From the NCBI GenBank assembly GCA_044229145.1, contig JBGATO010000010.1:1-64000 (forward strand): a stretch of DNA of 64,000 bases. The letters are read 5' to 3'. A program made the position numbers and the translations under genes. The DNA is from Candidatus Eiseniibacteriota bacterium (lineage in GTDB: Bacteria > Eisenbacteria > RBG-16-71-46 > CAZEPH01). A model generated the notes under the pieces. It saw only the letters and a list, made by a program, of their open reading frames with translations, did no database searches and was not told where the DNA came from. Each line of letters starts with the position of its first letter. Within the stretch, counting starts at the first letter, position 1. This document shows, one piece after another, positions 41,153 to 51,664 of the stretch.

Positions 41153-42280
41153 TCAGCGTGCGTGGGAGTCCGGCGTGACCGGTCCGGTCACGGGGGAGTC
41201 GTCAGGGTTATCGGCACCGGCCGCGATTTCCGTCGCCTGTTGCGGGGCGAGGGCCGCGCGGACGGCGCGTTCTTCCGCCTGCACCGTGGCGATGATCGCC
41301 GCGAGATCCCGGAGAAGCTCGGCAATGCCGGCTCGGCTCGCCGAACTGATCGCCCGCACCGGACCGCGCACGCCGTGCGCAACCAGAGCGGCGATGTGCT
41401 CCGGCACGTCCTCCGCCGGCAGCATGTCGATCTTGGTGAGGCAGACGATCTGCGGCCGGTCGGCCAGTTCGGGATCGTACGCCACCAGTTCGCGCATGAG
41501 CAAATCGTACGTCTCGCCGGGGTCTTCGCCGGTCAGCGGCGCGGCGTCCAGCAGCACGCAGAGCACGCGGGTGCGCGAGACGTGGCGCAGGAACTGGTGC
41601 CCAAGCCCCTTCCCCTCGTGCGCCCCCTCGATGAGCCCCGGGATGTCGGCCACCACGAACGTGCGCTCCTCATCCACCCGCACGATGCCGAGATGCGGCG
41701 ACTTGGTGGTGAACGGATACGGGGCGATCTCGGGCCGCGCCGCGGAGATACTCGAGAGCAGGGTGGACTTTCCGGCGTTCGGCAGGCCGACCAGCCCGAC
41801 ATCGGCGATGAGCCGGAGCTCGAGCAGGAGATCGCGCGCCTCGCCTTCGCCGCCTTCCTCCGCGTAGCGCGGGGTCTGCCGCGTCGGGGTCGCGAAGTGC
41901 CAGTTGCCGCGGCCGCCCTTGCCGCCGCGCGCGATGACGATCTCGGTGCCGGCCTCGAGCATGTCGGCCAGCGTCTCGCCGCTCTCCGCGTCGAGCACCA
42001 GGGTGCCGGGCGGAATCTTGATCGTCATGTCTTCGCCTTGGCGGCCGTACTTGTTGCTGCCTTGGCCCGGGTCGCCCTTGGGTGCGCGGTAGGTGCGTTG
42101 GTTCTGGAAGTCGAGCAGCGTGCGGATGGTGCCGTCGCAACGCAGGATGACGTGGCCGCCGCGGCCCCCGTCGCCGCCGTCGGGTCCGCCCTTGGGGACG
42201 AATTTCTCGCGCCGGAAGCTGATGCAGCCGTCGCCGCCATTGCCGGCTTCGACGCGAATGCGAACCCGATCGACGAACAT
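41153..42280 (-). CDS. obg: GTPase Obg/CgtA
   Basis: [45 protein letters not shown]. Confidence 0.96.
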   Translation of the reverse strand: MFVDRVRIRVEAGNGGDGCISFRREKFVPKGGPDGGDGGRGGHVILRCDGTIRTLLDFQNQRTYRAPKGDPGQGSNKYGRQGEDMTIKIPPGTLVLDAESGETLADMLEAGTEIVIARGGKGGRGNWHFATPTRQTPRYAEEGGEGEARDLLLELRLIADVGLVGLPNAGKSTLLSSISAARPEIAPYPFTTKSPHLGIVRVDEERTFVVADIPGLIEGAHEGKGLGHQFLRHVSRTRVLCVLLDAAPLTGEDPGETYDLLMRELVAYDPELADRPQIVCLTKIDMLPAEDVPEHIAALVAHGVRGPVRAISSASRAGIAELLRDLAAIIATVQAEERAVRAALAPQQATEIAAGADNPDDSPVTGPVTPDSHAR

Positions 42281-42283
42281 GCG

Positions 42284-42568
42284 CTAGGTCCCCGATCCGC
42301 TGGAGCCAGACGACGACGAACCTCCCGACGACGCGCTCGAGCTCCCACCCGACGAGGTATCGGACTTCGCCTGCTTCTTGTAGCCGTCACTGCGATAGTC
42401 GGTGATGTAGAACCCCGAGCCGCGGAACAAGAGCCCGGCGCCGGTGCCGATGAGTTTCTTCACCGGCCCGCCGCACTCCGGACATTGCGATTCCGGCTCC
42501 GCCGTCATCGAGTGAAACCGTTCGAAGCGATGGTGGCAGCTCAAACACTCGTAGTCGTAGGTCGGCAT
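42284..42568 (-). CDS. FmdB-family zinc-ribbon protein
   Basis: MPTYDYECLSC...CPECGG...FRGSGFYITDY; Ser/Gly-rich tail. Confidence 0.9.
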   Translation of the reverse strand: MPTYDYECLSCHHRFERFHSMTAEPESQCPECGGPVKKLIGTGAGLLFRGSGFYITDYRSDGYKKQAKSDTSSGGSSSASSGGSSSSGSSGSGT

Positions 42569-43779
42569 ACCGTCCCTCCCTGCGCCAATGCCTGCAACGC
42601 CTCGCCGATCCGCGCGATGCCGATGAGCAAGTCCTTCTCCGGCGACGCGAACGACAGGCGGATGTGTCCTGGACCTCCGAACGCCTCGCCGGGCACGATC
42701 GCCACACGCGCGGTCTCCAGGAGGTACTCGGCCAAGCCGGTGCCGCCGCGCGGCCACCCGGCATCGACCAACGCTGCTTCGTCCCAGTCGAGGTGGACGA
42801 AGAAGTAGAACGCGCCGTCCGGCGGACGAACGCGGGCGCTCGGCCAGCTGGCGAGCGCGTCGAGACCGACGCGGCGGCGGTGCGTGAACTCCTCGACCAT
42901 GCGGCGTACCGGCTCGTCCGGCCCGGTGAGCGCGGCCAGCGCCGCGGCCTGCGACACGCTGCAGGCGTTCCCGGTGGTTTGCTCCTGCATCGTCCCGGCG
43001 GCCTTGACGATCTCGCGCGGGCCGACGGCGTAGCCGATGCGCCAGCCGGTCATCGCGTACGCCTTCGACACGCCGTTGAAGACGACGGTGCGCGCGGCGA
43101 TGGCCGGACTGAGACTGGCCGGCGACACCACCTGCGTGCCGGGATAGATGACGCGATCGTAGATTTCGTCGCTGAGAATCGTCAGGTCGTGGCGCTCGGC
43201 CACGGCGGCGAGCGCGTGCAGCGCCGCCTCGGTGGCCACCGCGCCGGTCGGGTTGCACGGCGAGTTGAGCAGCACCGCGACGGTGCGCGGGGTAATCGCC
43301 GCCTCGAGCGCCGCGGCGGTGACCTGGTAATCGGTCTCGACACCGGCGGCCACCGGCACCGGCACGCCGCCGGCCAGTCGTACCTGCTCCATGTATGTGC
43401 CCCACGACGGCACCGGGATCAGCACCTCGTCGCCATCGGAGAGCAGGGCGAGCAGCACGCTGAACAGCGCCTGCTTGACGCCGGCCGACACCAGGACGTT
43501 CTCCGCCTTGACGGCGTCGAGCCCGAGCCGGGCGGCGGTGGCGGCCGCGATGGCGGCGCGCAATTCCATCGTCCCGACGGCATCGGTGTAGCGGGTCTGG
43601 CCGGCCTTGGCGGCCACCGCTGCGGCCTCGACGATGTGGGCCGGGGTCGGGAAATCCGGCTGGCCGGCGCTCAGGTTCACCACCGATTCGCCGGCGGCCA
43701 CCAGGGCGCGCGCACGCGCATCCATGGCCAGCGTGCCGGACGGCCGGACGATCGAGAGACGGGAAGCTAGGGAGCGCAT
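42541..43779 (-). CDS. aspC: PLP-dependent class I aminotransferase (aspartate aminotransferase-like)
   Basis: GQPDFPTP, NSPCNPTG, SDEIY, SKAYAMTGWRIG, GAFY, RLSFA. Confidence 0.92.
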   Translation of the reverse strand: MRSLASRLSIVRPSGTLAMDARARALVAAGESVVNLSAGQPDFPTPAHIVEAAAVAAKAGQTRYTDAVGTMELRAAIAAATAARLGLDAVKAENVLVSAGVKQALFSVLLALLSDGDEVLIPVPSWGTYMEQVRLAGGVPVPVAAGVETDYQVTAAALEAAITPRTVAVLLNSPCNPTGAVATEAALHALAAVAERHDLTILSDEIYDRVIYPGTQVVSPASLSPAIAARTVVFNGVSKAYAMTGWRIGYAVGPREIVKAAGTMQEQTTGNACSVSQAAALAALTGPDEPVRRMVEEFTHRRRVGLDALASWPSARVRPPDGAFYFFVHLDWDEAALVDAGWPRGGTGLAEYLLETARVAIVPGEAFGGPGHIRLSFASPEKDLLIGIARIGEALQALAQGGTVCRPTTTSV

Positions 43780-44828
43780 GTGGACTCCTGGCGATGCGGG
43801 TCAGGTGGCGGCGGCGGGGCGCCGCGGTGCGAGCCGGCGCGGGCCTGCAACGCGGCCACGCACCCGGCGAGCGCGATGTCCTCCGCGCTCGCCCCTCGCG
43901 ACAGATCATGGTACGGCAATGGGAAGCCGGCCAACAGCGGACCAACCGCCCGCGCACCGGCCAATCGCTCCACCAGCTTGTAGGCGATGTTGCCGGCGTC
44001 GAGGCTCGGGAAGACGAGCACGTTGGCCGGCGCCTCTAGGGCCACACCCTTGCGCTGGGCGATCGCGGGCACCAGCGCGGCGTCGGCCTGGACTTCCCCG
44101 GCGAAGCTCGTCGTATCCAGCCCGGCCGCGGCGGCGCGCGTCCGCGCCAGCTCGAGTGCCTCGCGCACCCGGCGGGGCGACTCGCCGTCCGCGCTGCCCG
44201 CCGTGGCGAACGACAGGAAGGCAACACGCGGCGTCTCGCCCAGCAGAGCGGCCGCCAGGCGGGCGCCCGCCAGCGCGATGTCCGCGAGCTGCGGCGCGGT
44301 CGGCTGCGGCACCACGCCGCAGTCGGCGAACACGAACGCCCGTCGTCCGATCGCCTGCGCGGGCGGAGCGTCGGGCAACACCATCACGAACGCGCTCGAC
44401 ACCGTCTCGACGCCCGGCGCCAGGCCCAGCAGCGCGAGCCCGGTGCGCACGACGTCGGCGGTCGTGTGCACGGCGCCTGCCACCACGCCGTCAAGTTCGC
44501 CCAGGGCAAGCAGCGCGGCGGCGCGGGTCAGCGGATCCGCGAGGCGCCGCTCACGCTCCGCCGCCTCGAGCTTGGCCAGGCGCGGCGCCGACTCCGCGTA
44601 CGCGCGGCTGCGCATTTCGCAGGCGCCGGCGAACGGGTCGAGCGTCTCGACACCAGGCGGGATCTCTCCCGCGAGGTCGGCTGGCGCGCCGATCAGCACC
44701 GGGCGCAGGCCGCGCGCCGCCATCGCGGCCGCCGCCTCCCGGGTGCGCGGCTCCGCGGCCTCGGGCAGTCCGATCCGGGCCTGCCCCGCCGCGGCGCGCC
44801 GCCAGAGATCGTCGACGAGATCGCTCAC
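43767..44828 (-). CDS. pta: Phosphate acetyltransferase (short, single-domain)
   Basis: LPEA, VSSAFVM, FADCG, VAFLSF, GEVQADAA, NVLVFPSLDAGNIAYK, DLSRG. Confidence 0.9.
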   Translation of the reverse strand: MSDLVDDLWRRAAAGQARIGLPEAAEPRTREAAAAMAARGLRPVLIGAPADLAGEIPPGVETLDPFAGACEMRSRAYAESAPRLAKLEAAERERRLADPLTRAAALLALGELDGVVAGAVHTTADVVRTGLALLGLAPGVETVSSAFVMVLPDAPPAQAIGRRAFVFADCGVVPQPTAPQLADIALAGARLAAALLGETPRVAFLSFATAGSADGESPRRVREALELARTRAAAAGLDTTSFAGEVQADAALVPAIAQRKGVALEAPANVLVFPSLDAGNIAYKLVERLAGARAVGPLLAGFPLPYHDLSRGASAEDIALAGCVAALQARAGSHRGAPPPPPDPHRQESTCAP

Positions 44829-45355
44829 CGCGTCGGCTCCGGGCCGCGCACGACCTCCTTCGCCGGGAAACGCGCGCGCAGCACGTCCTCGACCAGCGGT
44901 GGCACCAGGCCTTTCACGACGCCGCCTTCGCGGGCGATCTCCTTGACGATCGTCGAGTTGAGGTAGGTGTACTGCTCGCTCGGCATGAGGAAGACGGTTT
45001 CGACTTCGGGCTGCAGGCGGCGATTCATGAGCGCCATCTGGAATTCGAACTCGAAGTCGTTCACCTGCCGGATGCCGCGGATGATCGTGCGCACGCCCTG
45101 TTCGAGGGCGAAGTGGACGAGCAGGCCGCTGAACTCGCACACCTGCACGTCGCCGAGATCCGCGGTGACACGGCGCATCAAATCCACGCGCTCGGGCAGC
45201 GTGAACAGCGGATTCTTCTCGTCGCGCCGCGCGACGCCGACGATGACGCGATCGAACACCGCGAGCCCGCGGGTGATGAGGTCGAGGTGCCCGTTGGTCA
45301 CGGGATCGAAGGTGCCGGGGAAAATCGCCGCTCGCATGCCGGGGCTCTCCGTCAT
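44825..45355 (-). CDS. coaD: Pantetheine-phosphate adenylyltransferase
   Basis: FPGTFDPVTNGHLD, IRGIR..DFEFE, NSTIVKEIA. Confidence 0.95.
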   Translation of the reverse strand: MTESPGMRAAIFPGTFDPVTNGHLDLITRGLAVFDRVIVGVARRDEKNPLFTLPERVDLMRRVTADLGDVQVCEFSGLLVHFALEQGVRTIIRGIRQVNDFEFEFQMALMNRRLQPEVETVFLMPSEQYTYLNSTIVKEIAREGGVVKGLVPPLVEDVLRARFPAKEVVRGPEPTR

Positions 45356-45951
45356 CCGTCCGTCGTGGGGGCGGCGTCCTCGCCGGGACGACGCCGGTGA
45401 TAGACCTCGATGGTGGTCTTGCCGTACCGCCGCGTGTCTTCGCGCACCAAAGCGCCGCAGGCGTCAGGAAACTCCTCGCCGCGCGCATGTTCGACGATCA
45501 TATAGCCGCCGGGAGCGAGCGTCTCGGTGTCCGCCATCGCCGACAGCAGCCGCGGTCCGAGCTGGTCTTCGTATGGCGGATCGCAGAGCACCAGGTCGAG
45601 CGGCCCGAGGGTGCGCTCGGCGAGGAGCCGCAGCGCGTCCCCCAGCACCGGACGCACGCGCGGATCGTCGGCGAGCCCGAGGGCGGCGATGTTCTGGCGC
45701 AGGATCGTGAAGGCAGGACGCGCGCGCTCCACCAACACCACCGACCGCGCCCCGCGCGAGAGGGCTTCCAAACCGAGGCCGCCGGCTCCCGCGCACAGGT
45801 CCGCAACCCGCGCCCCGCGCACCGCACCGCGGGCGTCGAGCAGCGAGAACAGCGATTCCTTGACGCGGTCCGCAGTGGGGCGGATGGCGGGTCCGGTTCC
45901 GGCCTGGAGACGGCGGCCGCGGAACTCGCCCGCAATGAGGCGGATCGACAC
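45352..45951 (-). CDS. rsmD: 16S rRNA m2G966 methyltransferase
   Basis: RLIAGEFRGR, RPTADRVKESLF, DLCAGAGGLGLEALSRG, DPPY, RRYG. Confidence 0.93.
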   Translation of the reverse strand: MSIRLIAGEFRGRRLQAGTGPAIRPTADRVKESLFSLLDARGAVRGARVADLCAGAGGLGLEALSRGARSVVLVERARPAFTILRQNIAALGLADDPRVRPVLGDALRLLAERTLGPLDLVLCDPPYEDQLGPRLLSAMADTETLAPGGYMIVEHARGEEFPDACGALVREDTRRYGKTTIEVYHRRRPGEDAAPTTDG

Positions 45952-46090
45952 GCCAGAGGAGTACCATCGTGCCGAAGACGGGTCAAGCAAAGGAGTTGCG
46001 CCGGTCGGTCCATCCGGGGAGACTGCTGCCGCCGCGGCGGGGCGTGCAGGGTCCCGGCGGCCTGTCGCTGGCGTCGGAGGCACATCGTCC

Positions 46091-47107
46091 ATGAAGGCCG
46101 TGACCGTCGAAGAATGCGCGCGGGTGTTCGCGCCGGTGTTCGCCCCCGAACTGGCGCCGCGCTTCGTGCCGTGGTTCCACAGCTATCACGCCGGCTTGAA
46201 GACGCACGCGGGCATCGAACGGCAGCTGCGCGAGTTCCGCGACGACATCCGCGTGGCGGGCGTCGACGTCGAGGGCGGCACGGTGCTCGACGCGGGCAGC
46301 GGCTTCGGCATGAGCTGCGTGTTCCTGCGCGCGCTCGGGGCGCGCGAGGTGCACGGCCTCGAATACCATCCCGACATGCATGCGGCGTTCCGCGTCGTCG
46401 CGGACACGTTGGAGACGACGCTCGGCGGCCTGCACCCGCACCACGGCGACGTGCGCGCGATGCCGTTCGCCGATGGCACGTTCGACGTCGTGTTCTCGAA
46501 CGAAGCGATCTCCCACTACAACGAATTACAGCCATTCCTGCGCGAGGCGTTCCGCGTGCTCAAGCCAGGCGGCACGCTGTTCATCTCCGACGGCAACAAT
46601 GGAGCGAACGCGCGCTGCGTCGCCTTCACGCACCGGCTGTGGGAGCAGTTCGAGCTCGGCCCGGCTGGGCTCATGCCGGGCTCGCATCACACCGTCGAGG
46701 AGCCCTACGTCGAGCGGCGCGCGCGGCTGATCCGCGAGTACGCGCCGGACCTCACCGAGGCGCAGGTCGAGCCGCTCGCGCGTGGCAGCTTCCGCATGGT
46801 CATCGACGAGATCCATCGCGCGGTGGACGCCTTCCGCACCACCGGCGCGCTGCCGCAGTCGTTCTACCAGCGCGGCGTGCCGCCGCTCGATCCGCACTCG
46901 GGCCAGTACATCGAGCGCCTGATCTATCCGAAGGAGCTGCAATCGCGGCTCGAGCGCGAGGGGTTCCGCGTGCGGATCTACTCGTACGTCGGCGGCGCCG
47001 GCGGCAATCCGGTGATCCGCGCGGCGAACGCGGTGGCGCACGCGCTGTCGCCGCTGAGCTGGCCGATCGCGCGCGCGCTCAAGGCAGTGGCGCGCAAGCC
47101 AGCCTAG
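46091..47107 (+). CDS. Class I SAM-dependent methyltransferase
   Basis: VLDAGSGFG, GDVRAMPFADGTFDVV, EAFRVLKPGG; GGAGG SD; strong GC3 bias. Confidence 0.88.
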   Translation: MKAVTVEECARVFAPVFAPELAPRFVPWFHSYHAGLKTHAGIERQLREFRDDIRVAGVDVEGGTVLDAGSGFGMSCVFLRALGAREVHGLEYHPDMHAAFRVVADTLETTLGGLHPHHGDVRAMPFADGTFDVVFSNEAISHYNELQPFLREAFRVLKPGGTLFISDGNNGANARCVAFTHRLWEQFELGPAGLMPGSHHTVEEPYVERRARLIREYAPDLTEAQVEPLARGSFRMVIDEIHRAVDAFRTTGALPQSFYQRGVPPLDPHSGQYIERLIYPKELQSRLEREGFRVRIYSYVGGAGGNPVIRAANAVAHALSPLSWPIARALKAVARKPA

Positions 47108-47655
47108 CCGCGCACGCGCCGCACGATCTCCGCCGCCAGTTCCGCCGGCGTCCGTCCGTCGGTGTCGAGCGCGATGCTGCCTGCCGCGTAGAAGCGGACA
47201 CGCTCGGCCAGCAGTGACTCGATCCGTGAAGCCGGCGCGTCCCCGGCGACCAACGGCCGCGCGGCGATCTCCCCCGCCGCCAGCCGCGTCACGATGGCCT
47301 CCGGCGCGGCGCGCAACCAAAACACGCGGCTGAGCGACGCCAACAAATCGTACGCCATCCCGCCATGCTGCGGCGCGCCACCGCCCACCGCGATCACGGT
47401 CGGTTCGCGTCGCTCGCGCGCGAGCATCGCCAGGACGGTGCGTTCGAGCGCGCGGAAATGCGCTTCGCCCTGCTCGGTGAAGATGTCGGCGATGGTGCGA
47501 CCGGCGAGCGCCTCGATCAGCGCATCGCTGTCACGAAACTCCCACCCCAGCGCGGCGGCCACCTGCGCGCCGACCGTTGACTTCCCCACGCCCGGCGCGC
47601 CGACCAGCAACACATGCGACGGCGCCGCCGCCTCGAGTGACCGCGCATCGCTCAT
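47104..47655 (-). CDS. aroK: Shikimate kinase
   Basis: [28 protein letters not shown]. Confidence 0.92.
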   Translation of the reverse strand: MSDARSLEAAAPSHVLLVGAPGVGKSTVGAQVAAALGWEFRDSDALIEALAGRTIADIFTEQGEAHFRALERTVLAMLARERREPTVIAVGGGAPQHGGMAYDLLASLSRVFWLRAAPEAIVTRLAAGEIAARPLVAGDAPASRIESLLAERVRFYAAGSIALDTDGRTPAELAAEIVRRVRG

Positions 47656-48821
47656 CGCGTCGCCAAGTACTGGCGGTACGCCGCGAGGTTCTCACGCACC
47701 TCCTCGATCGCGTCGCCCCCGAATTTTTCGCTGTAGGCGCGCGCGAGGACGAACGCCACCGCGGCTTCCAACACCACGCCGGCGGCCGGCACCGCGCACA
47801 CGTCGCTGCGTTCGTACTTCGCCGATTCCGCTTCGCCGGTCTGCATGTTGACCGATGGCATCGCCTGCTTGAGCGTCGAGATCGGCTTCATCGCCGCGCG
47901 GACGACGAGCGGTTCGCCGTTGGTGACACCGCCTTCGAGGCCACCAGCGTTGTTGGTCGGGCGCGTGTAGTGCGAGCCTTCGGCGTCCGACGACGCGCGT
48001 GCGATGTGATCGTGGACTTGCGACCCGGCGCGCGCCGCCTGCGCGAAGCCGAGCCCGATCTCGCACGCCTTGATCGCGTGCGTCGCCAACACCGCCTGTG
48101 CGAGCAGGCCGTCGAGCCGGCGGTCCCACTGCACGTAGCTGCCGACGCCGGGCACCAATCCGTCCGCGACGATCTCCAGCACGCCGCCGAGCGTGTCGCC
48201 GGCCTCGCGTGCCGCGGCGATCGCCGCCACCATCGCGGCGCTCGCGGCGGCATCGGCGCACCGCACCTCGCTCGCTTCGGTGGCCGCCACCAACGCGTCG
48301 AACGCCGGCGGCGTGTCGTGCGCGTGGACACCGCCGATCTCGACGACGTGCGAGTGCACGCGCACGCCGCACGCCGCCAACAGCCGCCGCGCCACCGCGC
48401 CCACCGCGACGCGCGCCGCGGTCTCGCGCGCGCTCGAACGCTCCAGCACGTCGCGAATGTCGGCGTGGCGATACTTGAGCGCGCCGGCGAGATCGGCGTG
48501 ACCGGGTCGCGGGCGCGAGACGACATTGCGTTCGATGACGCCGGGCTCCGGCGCCATGTACTTCTCCCAGTTCGCCCAGTCGCGGTTGGCAATTTCGAGG
48601 GCGATCGGCGACCCGAGCGTGCGACCGTCGCGCACGCCGGAGAGGATGCGCACCTCGTCGGTCTCGATCTGCATGCGGCCGCCGCGACCGAAGCCGCGCT
48701 GGCGGCGGCTCATGTCGGCGGCGATGTCGTCGCGCGTGAGCGCGAGCCCGGCGGGCACGCCTTCGAGGATGGCGACGAGGGCGCGGCCGTGGCTTTCGCC
48801 CGCGGTCAGATAGCGCAGCAT
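47652..48821 (-). CDS. aroC: Chorismate synthase
   Basis: [39 protein letters not shown]. Confidence 0.96.
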   Translation of the reverse strand: MLRYLTAGESHGRALVAILEGVPAGLALTRDDIAADMSRRQRGFGRGGRMQIETDEVRILSGVRDGRTLGSPIALEIANRDWANWEKYMAPEPGVIERNVVSRPRPGHADLAGALKYRHADIRDVLERSSARETAARVAVGAVARRLLAACGVRVHSHVVEIGGVHAHDTPPAFDALVAATEASEVRCADAAASAAMVAAIAAAREAGDTLGGVLEIVADGLVPGVGSYVQWDRRLDGLLAQAVLATHAIKACEIGLGFAQAARAGSQVHDHIARASSDAEGSHYTRPTNNAGGLEGGVTNGEPLVVRAAMKPISTLKQAMPSVNMQTGEAESAKYERSDVCAVPAAGVVLEAAVAFVLARAYSEKFGGDAIEEVRENLAAYRQYLATR

Positions 48822-48924
48822 GGGCGCTCCGGCGCGGCGCAGCGCCGCGCGTCAGATTCGGTCATATGCGCATGGTACGCAGGGACGCGCCGCGCGCTCA
48901 AGCGCGAAACCGGCGGCGGCATGC

Positions 48925-48960
48925 CAACGAGGCGCGCCCCCGCGGGGACGCGCCTCGTTG
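48925..48960 (-). terminator. Hairpin after pilQ
   Basis: CAACGAGGCGCG...CGCGCCTCGTTG perfect 12-bp outer stem, extendable; no U tract. Confidence 0.5.
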
Positions 48961-48981
48961 CGAGCTGCGAGGTGGAGCCGC

Positions 48982-50391
48982 TTAGCCGGTGGCCGGTGGC
49001 GCCACGCGCGGCGTGATGAAGATCACCAGTTCGCGCCGCTGCTTGACCGTGTTCTCGTAGCGGAACAGCCGGCCGATCAGCGGCAGCTTGCCAAGCACCG
49101 GCACGCGCTGCGTCACGCGCGACTCGACCTCGCGGATCAACCCGCCGATCATCGCCGTCTCGCCGTCCTTCACCACCACACGGGTGTCCGCCAACGACGT
49201 GTTGATGATGACGCCGCCCTGCACCGTGGCCTGCGACGAGAGATCGCTGACCTCCGGGTGCACGTCGAGCGTGATGGTGTTGACTTCGGGGTTGATGCGC
49301 GGCGTGACACGCAGTTTGATGCCGATCTGCTTGAGCGTCGTCACCGCGTTGCCGGCGACGTCCGACACGATGAGCGGAATCTCCTGCCCGACCGTGATCG
49401 ACGCCTCCTTGTTGTTCACCGTCACGATGCGCGGGTTCGACAGCAACTCGGCCTTGCGTTCGTTCTCCAGCGCGGCGATGAAGCCTTCGACGAGCCCGAA
49501 GGTGCCGAACTTGTGCGTGACGTGCGCGGCGATGTCGCCGTTGGTGACCGGCGGCGTCCACTTCTCATTCGGCGGCTTGGTCGGGTCGAGCCAGTCCTTC
49601 ATGTCGGTGATGTCGGTGTTGCCGTTGTCCGAGCCCGGCCCGAAGCCTTGCCGCACACGGTTCTTGCCGTCACCGGTAATCACCTGCCAGCGCGCGCCGA
49701 GTTCCTGCGCCGCCGCGGTGTCCATGTCGATCAGCTTGGCGACGATCTCGATCTGCGGCGTGCTGGTGTCGAGCGTGTCGGCCACCGCCAACACCTGCGG
49801 CAATCGCTCGCGAATGTCGCTGATGAGCAAGGTGTTCGTGCGCGGGTCGATCTCGATGTGTCCGCGCGGCGACAGGATCTTCTCGATCGCCGTCTTCATC
49901 TCGGCGGCGTCCGAGAAGCTCGGGCGGAACATGCGCGTCTCCAGCGGCATGAGCTCCATGCGGCGGTTGCGCGCTTCTTCCTCGGCCACCAGTTCGCTGC
50001 GCACGACATCGGCCGGGGCGACGCGAATGGTGCCCGCGGTGTCCTCGTTCATGTCGAGCTTCTGGGTGCGCAGAACCGCCATCAACGCGTCTCGCCACCC
50101 GACGTTCTCCAGGTGCAGCGTGACCGCGCCGGTGACTTCCTTGCCGGCGACGATGTTGACACCGCCGGCGCGCGCCAGCGTCGCCAGCACGGTCTGGATG
50201 GCCGCCTCGTGAAAGTCGAAGGTCATGCCGTGGCCGCTCCCGCGGACCTCGGCGTGCCCTGGGACATCGCGCGCGACCGCGACCGCCGGACCGGCGATCG
50301 CCCAGGCTCCCACGCACGCGGCGACGGTCGCCGCGCGCACCACCGTGTTGCTCGTCAGTCGACGCTGCATGTCATTGCATCCTGGTGCCAT
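48982..50391 (-). CDS. pilQ: Type IVa pilus secretin (short, no AMIN domains); start may be 50370
   Basis: N0/STN-like domain, IDPRTNTLLI, LLSNPRIVT..NKEASITVG, VPVLGKLPLIGRLF, ELVIFITP; pilMNOPQ context. Confidence 0.92.
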   Translation of the reverse strand: MAPGCNDMQRRLTSNTVVRAATVAACVGAWAIAGPAVAVARDVPGHAEVRGSGHGMTFDFHEAAIQTVLATLARAGGVNIVAGKEVTGAVTLHLENVGWRDALMAVLRTQKLDMNEDTAGTIRVAPADVVRSELVAEEEARNRRMELMPLETRMFRPSFSDAAEMKTAIEKILSPRGHIEIDPRTNTLLISDIRERLPQVLAVADTLDTSTPQIEIVAKLIDMDTAAAQELGARWQVITGDGKNRVRQGFGPGSDNGNTDITDMKDWLDPTKPPNEKWTPPVTNGDIAAHVTHKFGTFGLVEGFIAALENERKAELLSNPRIVTVNNKEASITVGQEIPLIVSDVAGNAVTTLKQIGIKLRVTPRINPEVNTITLDVHPEVSDLSSQATVQGGVIINTSLADTRVVVKDGETAMIGGLIREVESRVTQRVPVLGKLPLIGRLFRYENTVKQRRELVIFITPRVAPPATG

Positions 50392-51664
50392 TGTCGTCTT
50401 CCTTCATGTGAAGGATGATCTTGCGCGAGCCCCGCGGGCCGGTTTCGACCAGCGTGAGCGACGTCGGGGTGATCGAGTCCACGTAGCCATTGACCAGGCG
50501 GTCTCCGGCGCGCAGAGCGGTTCCCTTGCCGGAGACGTTCTCGACCAGGGCGAAGCGGTCGGTCTGGCCCCACAGCACACCGACCAGACGGAGCTCACCG
50601 ACATCGAAGATCGGCGTGCTCTCCTCGCCTTCGAAGGTGCCCGAGACCAGCGAGACGAACGGGTCACGAGTGGTGCCGGTGCGCTGCTGCCATTCGCGGG
50701 TCGTCGCCGGCGCCTTCGGCACCGACGGCGCGGTTGCCAATTCGGCACCCGGCGGGATCAGGCGCTTGCCCAACGCCGGCTGCGCCGGTGCATTCGCCGC
50801 CGCGCTGACTGCAGGCGGCGCCGGAGGACCGAGCGGCTTCGCCGGGCGCGCCGCGTGCGCGGCTGCGGCACGCCGCGCCACGTGGGCAGTCGCCTGGGAC
50901 GGAGCCGGAGGTGCGGCGGGCGCCGCGGGCGTCACGCTCGCCGCCACGACGTGCGCGGCGCGGGCCGTGCGGGGCGTGGCGGGCGCAGAGGGCTTGGCCG
51001 TGCCCGAGGCCACCGCCGCAACCGGCGCATGCGCCGCCGGCGCCGTGGTGGCCGGGTGCGTCACCGGCGCGGCGGCAACTGCCGCCGGACGCGGCGCCGG
51101 ATGCGCCGGCGCGCGGCGCGCCACCGGCGCGGGCGCGTCGTGGCGCGGCCACAGCGACGTCACCGTCGTCATCGCCTTCTCCCACCACGAGCGCTCGGTC
51201 GCCGACTCGTCGCGAATATTGCCCTTGGTGTCGATCACGTGCTGGAGGGCACGGGACGGGCGCGTGCCGCGCGCCGCGAGATCGCTCGCACGCTTCTGCA
51301 CCGCGGTCCACGCGGTGTCGTCGGATGCGGACGGCGCGGACGCCGGTGACGCAGCGCCCGCAGCGGAAGCCGGAGCCGTCATTGCCTGTGCTGCCTGCGC
51401 GGCGGCGACCTGCGCGGCCGACACCTGTACCACCGGCACCGCCGGAGCGCGGCGCGCATGCCGTGCCGCGACACGAGCCGCCACCCGGGCCGGCGACGGC
51501 ACCGCAGGCGGCGGAGCCGTCTCGACCGACGCCGCCGGCGCCGCGAGGGTCTCGTCGACCGTCGCCGGCAGCGCCTCGTCCTCGGCGCGCAACACGCCCG
51601 GCGCGGCGCACGCGACACACGCCGCCACGGTGGCGCCCACCATCCACGGAGCGCGGCGGCTCAT
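50372..51664 (-). CDS. PilP-like protein with a long Ala/Pro-rich N-terminal region
   Basis: Position between pilO and pilQ; C-terminal RDPFVSL...LRLVGVLWG...ALVE...GD PilP-type domain. Confidence 0.7.
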   Translation of the reverse strand: MSRRAPWMVGATVAACVACAAPGVLRAEDEALPATVDETLAAPAASVETAPPPAVPSPARVAARVAARHARRAPAVPVVQVSAAQVAAAQAAQAMTAPASAAGAASPASAPSASDDTAWTAVQKRASDLAARGTRPSRALQHVIDTKGNIRDESATERSWWEKAMTTVTSLWPRHDAPAPVARRAPAHPAPRPAAVAAAPVTHPATTAPAAHAPVAAVASGTAKPSAPATPRTARAAHVVAASVTPAAPAAPPAPSQATAHVARRAAAAHAARPAKPLGPPAPPAVSAAANAPAQPALGKRLIPPGAELATAPSVPKAPATTREWQQRTGTTRDPFVSLVSGTFEGEESTPIFDVGELRLVGVLWGQTDRFALVENVSGKGTALRAGDRLVNGYVDSITPTSLTLVETGPRGSRKIILHMKEDDNGTRMQ

